Positions 26,915-38,555 of a stretch of 64,000 nt of DNA are shown in pieces. A model generated the notes under the pieces. The model had not been told where the DNA came from. It did no database searches and was given only the letters and a program-made list of their open reading frames with translations. Source of the stretch: Octopus bimaculoides (taxonomy: Eukaryota); assembly GCF_001194135.2 (NCBI RefSeq), contig NC_068983.1, positions 103,356,836 through 103,420,835 of the forward strand. The letters are read 5' to 3'. Position 1 is the first letter of the stretch. Each line of letters opens with the position of its first letter. The position numbers were made by a program, and so were the translations under genes.

Positions 26915-27240
26915 TAGCACTCCGCTGGTTACAGCAACAAGGGTTCTAGTTGATGTGGAACAACCTGTTAGTGAAATTAACTTGCAAGTGACTGAGCACT
27001 CCACAAACATGCATACTCTTAATGTATAGTCTTCAGGGATTTTTAGCATAACACAGAATGTGACAAGGCTATCCCTTTGAAATACAGGTACTACTTATTT
27101 TTGGCAGTTGAGTGAACTGGAGCAGCATGAAATAAAATGTTAAAATGTCTTGCTCAAGGACACAAGACACCACGGGGAATCGAACTCGCGAGCTTAAGAT
27201 CATAAGCTGAATACCCTAACCACTAAGCCAAGTGCCTTCA
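26915..27240 (-). mobile_element. tRNA-derived SINE related to family D
   Basis: A/B-box head, GTGTCCTTGAGCAAGAC core, and a 3' half matching the 39040 copy (GCCTTGTCACA...GTGGAGTGCTCAG). Confidence 0.75.
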
Positions 27241-27306
<66 letters not shown>

Positions 27307-27360
27307 CCACTATCATTTAGCATTCAGGCTGGCATAGGTTGGATGATTTGACAAGCATAC

Positions 27361-27421
27361 ATATACATAAAGTCTTTATTAGGTTTGTTTTTGGTGTGAT
27401 ATGTTTGTGATGTGATGTTGA
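27361..27421 (-). CDS. Candidate internal exon
   Basis: Acceptor gatactttattttcag|, donors GTATAT or GTATGC. Open in two frames (VNITSQTYHTKNKPNKDFMY or STSHHKHITPKTNLIKTLCI), so the frame is unresolved. Confidence 0.25.
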
Positions 27422-27824
27422 CTGAAAATAAAGTATCTGACAGCTGAAATTTGTTGCATTGTCCGAATGTCCTTTTTGGAATAAGTTCTTTTGTTATAAG
27501 TACAATTTAGTAGCTATAACTTATCACTATGTGTNNNNNNNNNNNNNNNNNNNNNNNNNNNNNNNNNNNNNNNNNNNNNNNNNNNNNNNNNNNNNNNNNN
27601 NNNNNNNNNNNNNNNNNNNNNNNNNNNNNNNNNNNNNNNNNNNNNNNNNNNNNNNNNNNNNNNNNNNNNNNNNNNNNNNNNNNNNNNNNNNNNNNNNNNN
27701 NNNNNNNNNNNNNNNNNNNNNNNNNNNNNNNNNNNNNNNNNNNNNNNNNNNNNNNNNNNNNNNNNNNNNNNNNNNNNNNNNNNNNNNNNNNNNNNNNNNN
27801 NNTATATATATATATATAATCGTC

Positions 27825-28010
27825 ATCATCATCATTTAACATCCATTTTTCATGCTGGTATGGGTTAGACGATTTGACAGGAGCTGACCAAATGAAGGGC
27901 TGTTCAGGCTTCATATCTGTTTTGGCATGGTTATTATGGCTGGATGCCCTTCCTAATGCCAAGCACTTTACAGACTGTACTGGGTGCTTTTTACACACCA
28001 CCTGGCCATA
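27825..28010 (-). mobile_element. RTE-type 3' tail repeat (diverged family B)
   Basis: (CAT)n-TTAACATCC...GGATGCCCTTCCTAATGCCAA. Confidence 0.7.
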
Positions 28011-28501
28011 GGGAATTATTACCCGGGCAACAGAAAGGGTTTCTAGCCACTGAAAAACTGGATGCTAAAATGATGATATATATATATATATATATATATC
28101 AATTAAGGCTACCATTGGTTTCATGATAAGGGAGAAATCCCTCAACAACTAACAAGCATGTCACAGATTTGATAATTGTCAGCGGATTTTTTGATATTAA
28201 GATGTGTGTGTGTGTGTGTACATGTGCATGCACATGCACATGTACACACACACATATTTATACATTTGTACCAACACTTACATACAGTTACATTCTTGTC
28301 CTTGAATTATTGTTTACAAATGTATTCCATTTAATAACAAAAATTGAAATTAAATATACTAAACTTTCTTACTAATTGTTTTTATTGTTATATTTGTTAA
28401 GAAAAAAATATTCACTTTTAAATTAAATCTGTCAAAATAAAAGAACTATACATGTACTGACAACAAGAACAAAAATATGCAGTTTTTATTGTCTCACTAA
28501 C

Positions 28502-28568
28502 TTGGTAATAACTATTATTAACATTTTGTTGATAAAAATAACCACCCCGCCGAGTGTTCGAGGACGAA
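28502..28568 (-). CDS. Alternative candidate internal exon (67 nt)
   Basis: Acceptor attgtctccatttaaatttag|, donor CAA|GTTAGT. Phase-2 compatible and open (SSNTRRGGYFYQQNVNNSYYQ). It is a local CpG-containing patch in AT-rich DNA. Confidence 0.3.
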
Positions 28569-28840
28569 CTAAATTTAAATGGAGACAATGTGTCGAAGTA
28601 AATCTAAGCTTAATTTCACACACAAGTAAAATGTGGAACAGAGTATAATAAATAAATAAATAAATAAACAAATAAATAAAAGGAAGAAGAAAAGAAGAAA
28701 AGAAAGTAGTAAGGAAAGAACGAAAGCAGTAAGAAAAGAAAAGTCTGAATAAGGGTCAATGTTTTGCTACTACCCATTTTGAAAACTAATAATTTCTTTC
28801 ACTAGTCACATTATCAAAGCTTACAACAACAATAATAACA

Positions 28841-29305
28841 ATTCTTTCTATTATAAGCACAAGGCCTGGAATTTGGAGGAGGGGGGATTGTCAATTACAT
28901 TGAGCCCAGTACTCAACTTGTACCTATTTTATCAACTCAGAAATGATGAAAAACAAAGTCAGCCTTAGCAGAATTTGAACTCAGAATGTGAAGGCAGATG
29001 AAATACTGCTAAGCATTTTACGATTCTGCCAGCTTGCTGCCATAATAATAATGCCTTAATAATAATAATAATAATGATGATGATGATAATCCTTTCTGCT
29101 ATAGGTACAAGGCCTGAAATTTTTCAGGGATAGTTGATTACAACAACCCCAGTAGTAAACTGGTACTTATTTCATCAACCCTGAAAGAATTAAAGGCAAA
29201 GTTGACTTCAGAACATAAAAACTAATGAAATGTCACAAGCATTTTATCTGGTATACTAATGATTCTGCCAGCTTAAAAATAATAATTATTATAACTAATA
29301 ATTAA

Positions 29306-29339
<34 letters not shown>

Positions 29340-29925
29340 CCTTTCTACTATAGGCACAAGGCCTGAAATTTGTGGGATGCAGATAGTTGATTATATCAAC
29401 CCCAATACTCAATTGGTACTTATTTTATTGACCCCAAAAGGATGAAAGGCAAAATCAACCTCAGCAGAATTTGAACTCAGAACATAAAGACAGATGAAAT
29501 ACACTAAGCATTTCGTCCGGCATGCTAACAATTCTGCCAGCTTGCCACTTTAATTATGATGATGGTGATGATAATCCTGTCTGCTATAGGCACAAGGCCT
29601 GAATTTTGGGGGAGGGGGTAAGTCAATTATATTGACTCCAGTACACAGCTAGTACTTATTTTATTGACCCTGAGAGGATGAAAGGCAAAGTCGACCACAG
29701 TGAAATCTGAACTCAGAACATAAGGTCAGATGAAATATCACTTAGCATTTTGCCCAGCATGCTAACAATTCTTCCAGCTCAATCCTTTCTACTATAGGAA
29801 CAAGGCCTGAAATTTGTAGGGAGGAGCTAGTTGATTACAACAACTGGAAATTATTTCATTGGCCTTAAAAGAATGAAAGGTAAAGTCAACAGAATTGGCT
29901 GATTAATTCAACTCCAGTACTTCAT
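28841..29925 (-). mobile_element. Head-to-tail array of five tRNA-derived SINEs (family C, Deu/Nin-type core)
   Basis: Units start at ~28841, 29089, 29338, 29575 and 29781. The minus strand has a tRNA-like head, a GTCGACTTTGCCTTTCATCCT..GGGTCAATAAAATAAGTACCA core resembling the DeuSINE/Nin domain, and an (ATT)n tail. Confidence 0.85.
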
Positions 29926-30215
29926 CATCATCATCATCATCGTTTAATGTCTGCTTTCCATGCTAGCATGGGTTGGACGATTTGACTGAGGACTGGTGAA
30001 ACCAGATGCCTACACCAGGCTCCAATCTGATTTGGCAGAGTTTCTACAGCTGGATGCCCTTCCTAACGCCAACCGCTCAGAGAGTGTAGTGGGTGCTTTT
30101 ACGTGTCACCCACACGAAGGCCAGTCAGGCGGTACTGGCAACGGCCATGCTCAAAATGGTGTATTTTATGTGCCACCCGCACAAGAGCAAGTCCAGGGGC
30201 ACTGGCAACGATCTC
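29925..30215 (-). mobile_element. RTE-type 3' tail repeat (family B)
   Basis: Near-identical to the 25338 and 21970 copies. Confidence 0.85.
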
Positions 30216-30639
30216 GCTTGACTGGAAACTTATTAATATCTCGACCCTGAAGGAGGAAAGGAAAGTAGTCTCTAGTTGCAATTGAACTCAGAATATAAGG
30301 GAAGAGAAGGGGGTTATAGCAGAAAATGAAGTCAGAGATGCAAGGATTCGTGGATAGAGTTTTCTTGTTTTACATAGAAAATGTGAAATAACAAGTGTTT
30401 TCTCCCATTCCTTTCTAGCCTAAGTCTGCTCTATTTAGAAAACATTAGACCAAAGAACATGCATTGTATAGCCAGCTTTTGTAAATCATTATTAAATTAA
30501 GGAGACAACAGTGAAAATATGGTTTCAAATATTTTTTACAGTTTTGTATTATTTGAAGGCTTCAAAATCCGAAGTAGCAACAGTAGAAGAGCTAGTAATA
30601 TTTGTAGTGTTATTGGTGGTGGGAGAGATAGTAGTTGCC

Positions 30640-30671
<32 letters not shown>

Positions 30672-31329
30672 AGAGAGAGAGAGAGAGAGAGAGTGTGTGA
30701 GAGAGAAAGTAAGTTACAGAGAGAGAGAGAGAGAGAGAGTGTGTGAGAGAGAGAGAAAGTGTGTGTGTGTGTGTGTGCATGTGTGTGTGTGTGTGTGTGT
30801 GTGAGTATGTGTGTTGTAAGGATGAAAGAATGTTGTATGAAGAGTTTTATGGTGTGAGAGTGTATCAAGTGTAAGCCATANNNNNNNNNNNNNNNNNNNN
30901 NNNNNNNNNNNNNNNNNNNNNNNNNNNNNNNNNNNNNNNNNNNNNNNNNNNNNNNNNNNNNNNNNNNNNNNNNNNNNNNNNNNNNNNNNNNNNNNNNNNN
31001 NNNNNNNNNNNNNNNNNNNNNNNNNNNNNNNNNNNNNNNNNNNNNNNNNNNNNNNNNNNNNNNNNNNNNNNNNNNNNNNNNNNNNNNNNNNNNNNNNNNN
31101 NNNNNNNNNNNNNNNNNNNNNNNNNNNNNNNNNNNNNNNNNNNNNNNNNNNNNNNNNNNNNNNNNNNNNNACCAACATCGCTATATAATATGGCCAGCTG
31201 AAAGAATTTAAAAATAAAAACAACAACAACAACAATAATAATAATAATAATAAAGAAAAACTAAATAATAAATTTTAAGAAAGAAAGAATGGGATTTATT
31301 GTATGCATAATTCCAGTATTTGCAATATA

Positions 31330-32208
31330 TTGGGTCATCCCATAAATAATGCAGTTTTTTCAATTACATGAACTTGGAGGGGGACAGGATAAACTACCTG
31401 CATCAACTTGCTATAAAAGCAGGCAATAATTTTACCTTGTTCTTATTTTTAGTGCAAGTTTTGAAGAGTGCAGTTTGATTTTAACAATTTTTTTCAAAGC
31501 TATAATGGAAGTGACAAGGGAGAATATTCGGCATATTTTGCTTGATGTGTTCAATAAAGGCAACAACAGAATGGAAAGTGCGAGGAATGTTAATGCAGCA
31601 TATGGAGATCGGACAATAAGCGTAAGCCAGTGTCAACGGCGGTTTCAGAAATTCCGAGCCAGAAAACGAGCCTTGTCCTGGAAGATCTGTAGAGCTTGAT
31701 GAGGATGTCCTGCAAACCTTAGTGGAACAAAATCCCATCGTAATTGTTGAGGAACTAGCAGAGAAGCTTGGATTTGGTCATTCAACCATTCATTGACACC
31801 TATGTGCAATCAGAAAAATGGTTTCAAAATAAAAGGTGTTCTTCCCTCAGGATAATGCTCGGTCACATACAGCGAAGATGACATTCCAACCACCATATTC
31901 ACCCTGCCCACCATATTTGCCAGGCATTGCCCCATCTGATTAGCATTAATTCTGCAGTCTTCAAAATCATTTGGACGGAAAACATATGAACTATAGAGAC
32001 GAGATCAGAACAGTATTGGAGGAGTATTTTTCATCATGGACAAGTGAATTTTGGAAGAGGGGACTTGCATGTCTACCAGATAGATGGAAGAGCATTGTAG
32101 AAAATGAAGGAGAGTATACTTTAGATTAAAAAAGAACTTTGTTTATTTCAATTTTGAAAAAATAAAAGAAGTATATAAAAAAACAGCATTATTTATGGGA
32201 TGACCCTA
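31330..32208 (+). mobile_element. Mariner (DD34D-type) element, internally deleted
   Basis: TIRs T(T/A)GGGTCATCCCATAAATAATGC with TA flanks. Decayed transposase: ENIRHILL..FNKG..AYGDRTIS..CQRRFQKFR, QDNARSH, LPDRWKSIVENEGEY. Confidence 0.9.
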
Positions 32209-33007
32209 TAAAATAAATACCTTTTCTATGTTGTGATGTTATTTCAACATACAGAAACTAAGAATATGCCAACTAGCAAAAAAAAAAGAAAAAAGTATTA
32301 TAGATAACAGGATGTGTTGAGCAAACTTTTTTGCTATACTTTAAATATTGTAAACGTATGTTTGAGGTGGGGTGGAGATTGGGAGAGGGGGTAACATACC
32401 ACACAGATAAGTATTTACACGAAATACTAAAATTAAATTTACTAGGCTCACGTTAGCTGTAAATAAATATTTACAGAAATCACTCTATAATGCTATGTTT
32501 ACAAATGGTCCTGTAGATTTAAGCCATGGTTATAATAAAAACAGTCACAGAAAAAAAATCCTACTCTATGTGAAATACGTTTTCATTGTTTTCATTTTAT
32601 TTTTGCTTTCAAAAATCCACTTTTAGCATAAACATGTTGTATTACTTAATCACAAATTATAGTTATAATGTAAATTCCAAGACGTAACGAATTCTGTTCC
32701 ATAGGTAATAATATTTGATTAACAACTTAATACTAATGTAAGGAAATAGCTCACTGCTTCAAAAAGATGACAGCCTTATCATGTTTATGTGAATGGAAGG
32801 ACATTCCATGTCAAAATGTTGGCATAATACACATAGATACAAGCACTAAAATGCTTTCCAAGACATCTTTGTTTGTTATGTATAATCTTACATATGCATG
32901 ATTGAGTGAACAGATCTTATACTCATCAAGAAGTCATTGATAGTACTGTAGAGAGCAATATTCCTGGCTTGAATTTGATTCAAATAATGTGATTTGATCT
33001 CTCTTAC

Positions 33008-33060
33008 CAGTATTAACAGTCTGGTTACTACCACAAGAATGAGAACGTAAAGTAAGTATG
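33008..33060 (-). CDS. Candidate internal exon (53 nt) of the minus-strand gene
   Basis: Acceptor cttgtttcatgttccag|, donor CTG|GTAAGA. Phase-2 compatible with the 342-aa exon and open (ILTLRSHSCGSNQTVNT). No homology support. Confidence 0.3.
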
Positions 33061-34004
33061 CTGGAACATGAAACAAGCTTGCAAGTAAGGAGCTTGTTAT
33101 GAAATACTAAATCCTTGACTGATAAACAAGTTGGATGAGATTACTCTACAGAAATAACTTCAGTTTGCGTTTACTTATTATAATAGGAAACTAAATTTAT
33201 TTGGATCGAAAATTTTAAAAAGTATGGAAATAGGATTTGTGGAAATATTCAAGCAACAAGTTGTTAAAATGAAAAATGTTTTTATAATCAATCATACAGA
33301 AAGAAGCATTTTCCATAAAAAAATTAAAAAAAGACTTCAGTGTGTCTGTTTATCTGTATCAGAAAAGTTGGTAATTGCAATAACTGATATCAACCATCAA
33401 AATCCAAATAAATAAAGTTAAATTGAAAGTCTCTCATAATTTCTCTTTAACTTGATCATAAGATGGAATGTTAAGACTCAGACAGCTGCTTTCAACCCAA
33501 ATCATTCTCAAAACAATTACATATTGTCACATTTTAAATATATTAAATCTACTACATTAACCATTAACATTAAAGGATTGATCTACATTAACCTTTTAAA
33601 GATAAGCAATTTTAAAATAAGGCATCCATATGTAACTGGTTTAAGAGCCAAGTATTGCATATAAATGTGCCTTTAATGCTGATAATGTTCAGTCCAAGTT
33701 TTATAATAACTTGGGTTACTGAGATTTCTCTCAGCTTTGTTTGTCAAAGGTTTTGTTAAATAACAAGATATATGTGTGCAATTATGTTCAAAGACATCAC
33801 TTAAAATATATGCTATTTGTTTCTTGGAGAAAAAAGAAAAACAACAAAACCCTGTAAACTGATGTACAGATGTTCTTTGACAACAACAATGCAATAAAAA
33901 AAAAATCCTTCATTTAGGTAAAGTTATGAAATATATTTTTATTTCTGCTAAATAAAAGGACTGTACTTAATTATTTGTACCCTTGTAAATAAAGGTGCCC
34001 TAAC

Positions 34005-34200
34005 TCTTTGAAACGTCAGTGTTTTAATGGTGGCAGCTGATGAAGGATATGTTCTCTATGTGGCCTGCTTGTTTTTTGTACCTTGTTTATCATTTTGTTC
34101 ATGTTTTTTTGCAACGTCATGTACCCAGATATGTATCTATATGTACATGTAGATGAAGGTATGTACATACATGTACATATATATGCATATACTCATATAT
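34005..34200 (+). repeat. Family P2 copy
   Basis: About 80% similar by eye to 2860-3002. Confidence 0.75.
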
Positions 34201-34611
34201 TGTTTGTATCACACAAAAAAGTGAGCTCCTTTTATCTGTCTTTTCTGTTTATGATATGGCATAACTAAGCTCACATTCAATATTTCTGTCTATAAATAGG
34301 TATCACTAAAGAGCTCCATAAAAGGGAGACAAGCCTAATTTGATCAAGCAAAAAGCCCACTTTTTGCTTCCACAGACAATTATATATCACTTGAAAGATA
34401 TAGATGTGAACTTTCTTCTCTTATACTTTTGATTAAAATCCAACACTTATTTATCATGTCAGGTTCCCTCAATCACACTCATATTTCCACCCATTCACAG
34501 TCTGTCCCATTTTTGTTTTCGACTGCTGAATGTTAGCTCTCATTCTAGTTCAATACACTAGAGCACTATAACTTGATTTGTGTTGAGAATGATAGTCATC
34601 AAGAGGACTCT

Positions 34612-34838
34612 CTCTTTTACTCTTTTACTTGTTTCAGTCATTTGACTGTGGCCATGCTGGAGCACCACCTTTAGTCGAGCAAATCGACCCCAGGACTTAT
34701 TCTTTGTAAGCCTTAGTACTTATTCTATCGGTCTCTTTTTGCCGAACTGCTAAGTTACGGGGACGTAAACACACGAGCATCTGTTGTCAAGCGATGATGG
34801 GGGGACAAACACAGACACACAAACATATACACACACAC

Positions 34839-34899
<61 letters not shown>

Positions 34900-35061
34900 C
34901 AAATATACGACGGGCTTCTTTCAGTTTCCGTCTACCAAATCCACTCACAAGGCTTTGGTCGGCCCGAGGCTATAGTAGAAGACACTTGCCCAAGGTGCCA
35001 CGCAGTGGGACTGAACCCGGAACCATGTGGTTGGTAAGCAAGCTACTTACCACACAGCCAC
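34612..35061 (-). mobile_element. SINE family A, full-length young copy
   Basis: CpG-rich intact head and tail (GTCGAGCAAATCGACCCCAGG...GGACTGAACCCGGAACCATGTGG). Confidence 0.9.
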
Positions 35062-36867
35062 TGGATATAAAAGTCAATGGGGATAAGTCAAATAATCATT
35101 ATGAAATATAAAAGTGAAAACTTTATTGTAAACTTTTACTTAGAAAAGAACAAACTTTCTGCAAGATTTTTTATGCCATAAGAAAAATTTATCATGAATT
35201 TAATACAGCCATTGCTGAATCTGACAAGATGATGCAAAAGTGCAAAGTCAATAAAAAGGGGACTACCACAGCTGCTCATATAGGATTAACAATACTGATA
35301 CTATTTGTCAAACTGATGTATTCCCACATAGCAAGTACTAAAACAGAACACAAACCCAATGCTCCAAATATCGAATTTGAGCCAGAATTTCAAGAAATGG
35401 ATGAATTAATTGCTATAAAAAAAATACACTAAATTGAGTTACATAAGTCTTATAAAGCTCAAAATTAGCATGGAATCAGCATATTTGGAATTTTGTTTAT
35501 TCCCTCCCTCTGTTTTAATGTATAGAGAGTGAGGTCCAATTTTTACCTAGCCGATATTCTTGTACATGTAAATTTCATTTTTCTTTGAAGAATATTGGCC
35601 AAATGTCATCAATAAAAATCATATTATGCAATGAGTATTACTTTGTAGACTATCAAAGTCCGATGTGATGTTTTTTTTTTCTCCCCCCAATTTTAAATAT
35701 AGTCAGATAAACTGTAGTAGTGTTTACATTTTCACAAGTAGTGCTGATTTGTTTTGGGGTCTTTTCTATCTCTCACTCCCACTAACGAGTTTGCTGCAAG
35801 TTACAGATGTTTTTAATGATAAAAACAAGAAATTAATTTTCACATTTTGTTTTTTTTGAGAAAGGTAGCAGGTGGTTGTGAGATGTGCAAGAAATGACAG
35901 CTAAATCTCCCCTAAATCACACATCTTTTCATTTGAAAATATTTTTTTTAATCCCCCACAAGTCTTCCATTGTTTTTAAAGGCTTAGTTAAAAAAAAAAG
36001 GCTAAAATCGGTCCAGAGGAGGGTGAAGGGGAAGGGGGGAATCATAAATTTTCAAAAGTTTTTTTTCATAAAAAGCTTCCCACCATCATTTTCAAAGTTG
36101 TGATGTAAAAAACAATTNNNNNNNNNNNNNNNNNNNNNNNNNNNNNNNNNNNNNNNNNNNNNNNNNNNNNNNNNNNNNNNNNNNNNNNNNNNNNNNNNNN
36201 NNNNATTAGAAAAATCCTCATCAAAATGGAGAAAATCCAACTTATGTGAGCATCCTGATCCAAAACTCTACCATTAATAGCCACTTTTAAAAGTCCATTA
36301 AAATTTTATTGAAATGGTGTCTTGTTCCAAAATCTCGTGATTTATTTAGTTCTGTACCTACTACAAATGTGCCCCTTCTGGCTTGAACTTTGAGATTTAA
36401 TAAGGTCTGAAAACCCTGTGAAATCAGCTGGTTGTTACATGCAAAAAAAATAGGTTTCACGTAAATATTTTTTAAAATTGCTGAAACAAAAATTTCGTTT
36501 TCAAGAACCAGCAACACAAAAAAAACAAACAAAAAAAACACAGGCAACTGCTATGGACACTATTAATTTGTGTATGATTATCACCTCAGTTTCAAAGATA
36601 TGACATCACAAATATGGTTAATTATTCACTTAGACTTAATTGGGCAAGATTTCAACCAATTTGCTGACCATTCCAATTGTCATATTTCCTAAAATATTCA
36701 TCCAAGTTTCACAAATGTTTCTTTGGATGCTCTCCAAGGAAAGGTAGAGTGGAAGTTAGATTTACATATTTTCAAAAATTCATAGTGATGCCTACTATAA
36801 AAGTTAGGAAACAATTTTGTTAAAGCAAGTCAAAGCACAATAATAAAAATATAAAAGCAGGACTCAC

Positions 36868-37892
36868 ATTTTTATAGCAGTATCCATTCTACCTAAATTT
36901 TCATCTGGATAAACTGTCAATTTACTTCCATCTGCATCTCCAATTCCAACATTATGTCCCTGTCTCGCCATCATGGAAGGTGATGACACCAACATTTTAT
37001 TTGATAACGCCACCTCTTCTGGTGACATACGCGAGTCTTTTGGATAGGAGAACAATTCATTGGAGATAGAATCCACTATGCCATTTTGATTCAGTACCTG
37101 ACTTTCTAAAGAGCGTGACAACATCTTATCATAGGCTCCAACAAAGGCATCTTTATATATTAAATTGTCATTCTGGTTTGACCCCTTTCCTGACAAATCT
37201 TGATATTCATATTTAATCATCTGAGGATCAATAAGGCTAGATGTGAGTGAATATTGCTTAGCATTCAGTAAAAGAGCTTTATTTGATTCTTCATCAAGGT
37301 CCATCATTTTCTGATTATGGTTATCTGATGGCAGAGAGTGTCTTCTGTCTACAAGCGTTTCATAATTAGGCCGGCTAGTCAATACTTGATGGCTGTCACT
37401 GTTAACTGAATGCACCTGATCGGAACCTGATTCATATGTAGCACGAACAGGACCTAGGTACTGGTGGTGTTGAGCATTATCAGTAAGAGAGTGGTGGCTA
37501 CGGTCCTGCACCCCATCATTGTAAGTAGAATGGTTATCTAACAACTGATGTCCAGAGGGTTGGTGATGAGTATCTGGTGTCATTGATCGATGATTCCGAT
37601 CTTGAAGGTTTCCATTAAAAGTGGGACGACTTTCCATAATGTGATGACCAATTAATGAAAGATGATTATCATGCACCCTCACAGTTCGACTACATTCTTG
37701 CAGCTCATAAGCAGGCCGGTTCATTGTGTAGATGTCATCTGTCATTGGGGGTATGGTGTTAGTATAAGCTAGATTCCCTTCACTAGTCACTACTTCACCA
37801 TTCTCTTCAAGAGCTTCATTTTTACTAGTGTTTGTCTTTGTTAAAGGCCCATCTAAGGCTAAAGTATGCCCTTTGCTGGAAGGCCTTTCCAT
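36868..37892 (-). CDS. First coding exon (342 codons) of an unidentified multi-exon gene; His/Ser/Asp/Asn-rich, probably disordered N-terminal region
   Basis: The longest gap-free ORF in the window, with no TE-like motifs. The ATG is in GGA-ATG-G context with in-frame stops upstream. A strong acceptor (tttctttttctcttttcag|) gives an exon start at 38024, so 132 nt is 5'UTR. A canonical donor AAAAT|GTGAGT follows 36868, so the ORF's TGA lies inside the donor and the protein continues (phase 2). It contains a psi-K-x-E SUMO-type motif (IKYE). No domain recognised. Confidence 0.8.
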
Positions 37893-38146
37893 TCCAGCAG
37901 TAGGCGGCTTCAGTCTCTGGCCTTAAATTTTTTTTATCTCCTTTGGAAGACAGAAGTTATCAGGTCACCAGTTAAATGTCCTGTCTATAGCGGTTGTCGG
38001 CAACAATCAAAAATATCCAGTAATCTGAAAAGAGAAAAAGAAATAGCAAAACTGAGAGAAACAGACAATAAATGTGCTTCAAAAAAGTAGTAGTAGTAAT
38101 TTTTAACATCATCATAATGATGATAATAATAATAATAATAATAATA

Positions 38147-38531
38147 ATTTCCAGGTCTTTGTATTTTGAAAGTGTTTCCCTAAAAGAAATGGAAAAACTT
38201 TCAAAATACAAAGACCTGGAAATAGAGGTAACTCGAATGTGGAATCTAAAAACAGAAACAATTCCTATCATAGTAGGTGCCTTAGGTATAATAAAAAAAA
38301 TATTCAGACAAATACATAACAAAAACACCAGGACTTACAAATATAGATAACATACAGAAAATTTCACTACTGGGTACTGCACACATCCTATGCAAAACAC
38401 TTTCAATACAGTAACCATAAGAGCATCACAGCAAACCACAGCACATACCCAAGGCACACAGAGCTGCGCTCGGTAGTGAAGTGAAAGCACATTATAAAAA
38501 TAAAACTACTGAGTAATAATAATAATAATAA
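38147..38531 (+). mobile_element. 3' fragment of an RLE-endonuclease non-LTR retrotransposon (R4/Dong-like), copy 1
   Basis: KEMEKLSKYKDLEIEVTRMWNLKTETIPIIVGALG...LLGTAHIL, then a 3'UTR ending in (TAA)n. Preceded by a (TAA)n tract. Confidence 0.85.
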
Positions 38532-38555
38532 TTATTATTATTATTATTATTATAA

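Noticed and set aside
28823-29925. CRISPR-like regularly spaced repeats
   Set aside because: The units are ~200-bp diverged SINEs with microsatellite spacers in a eukaryotic context.
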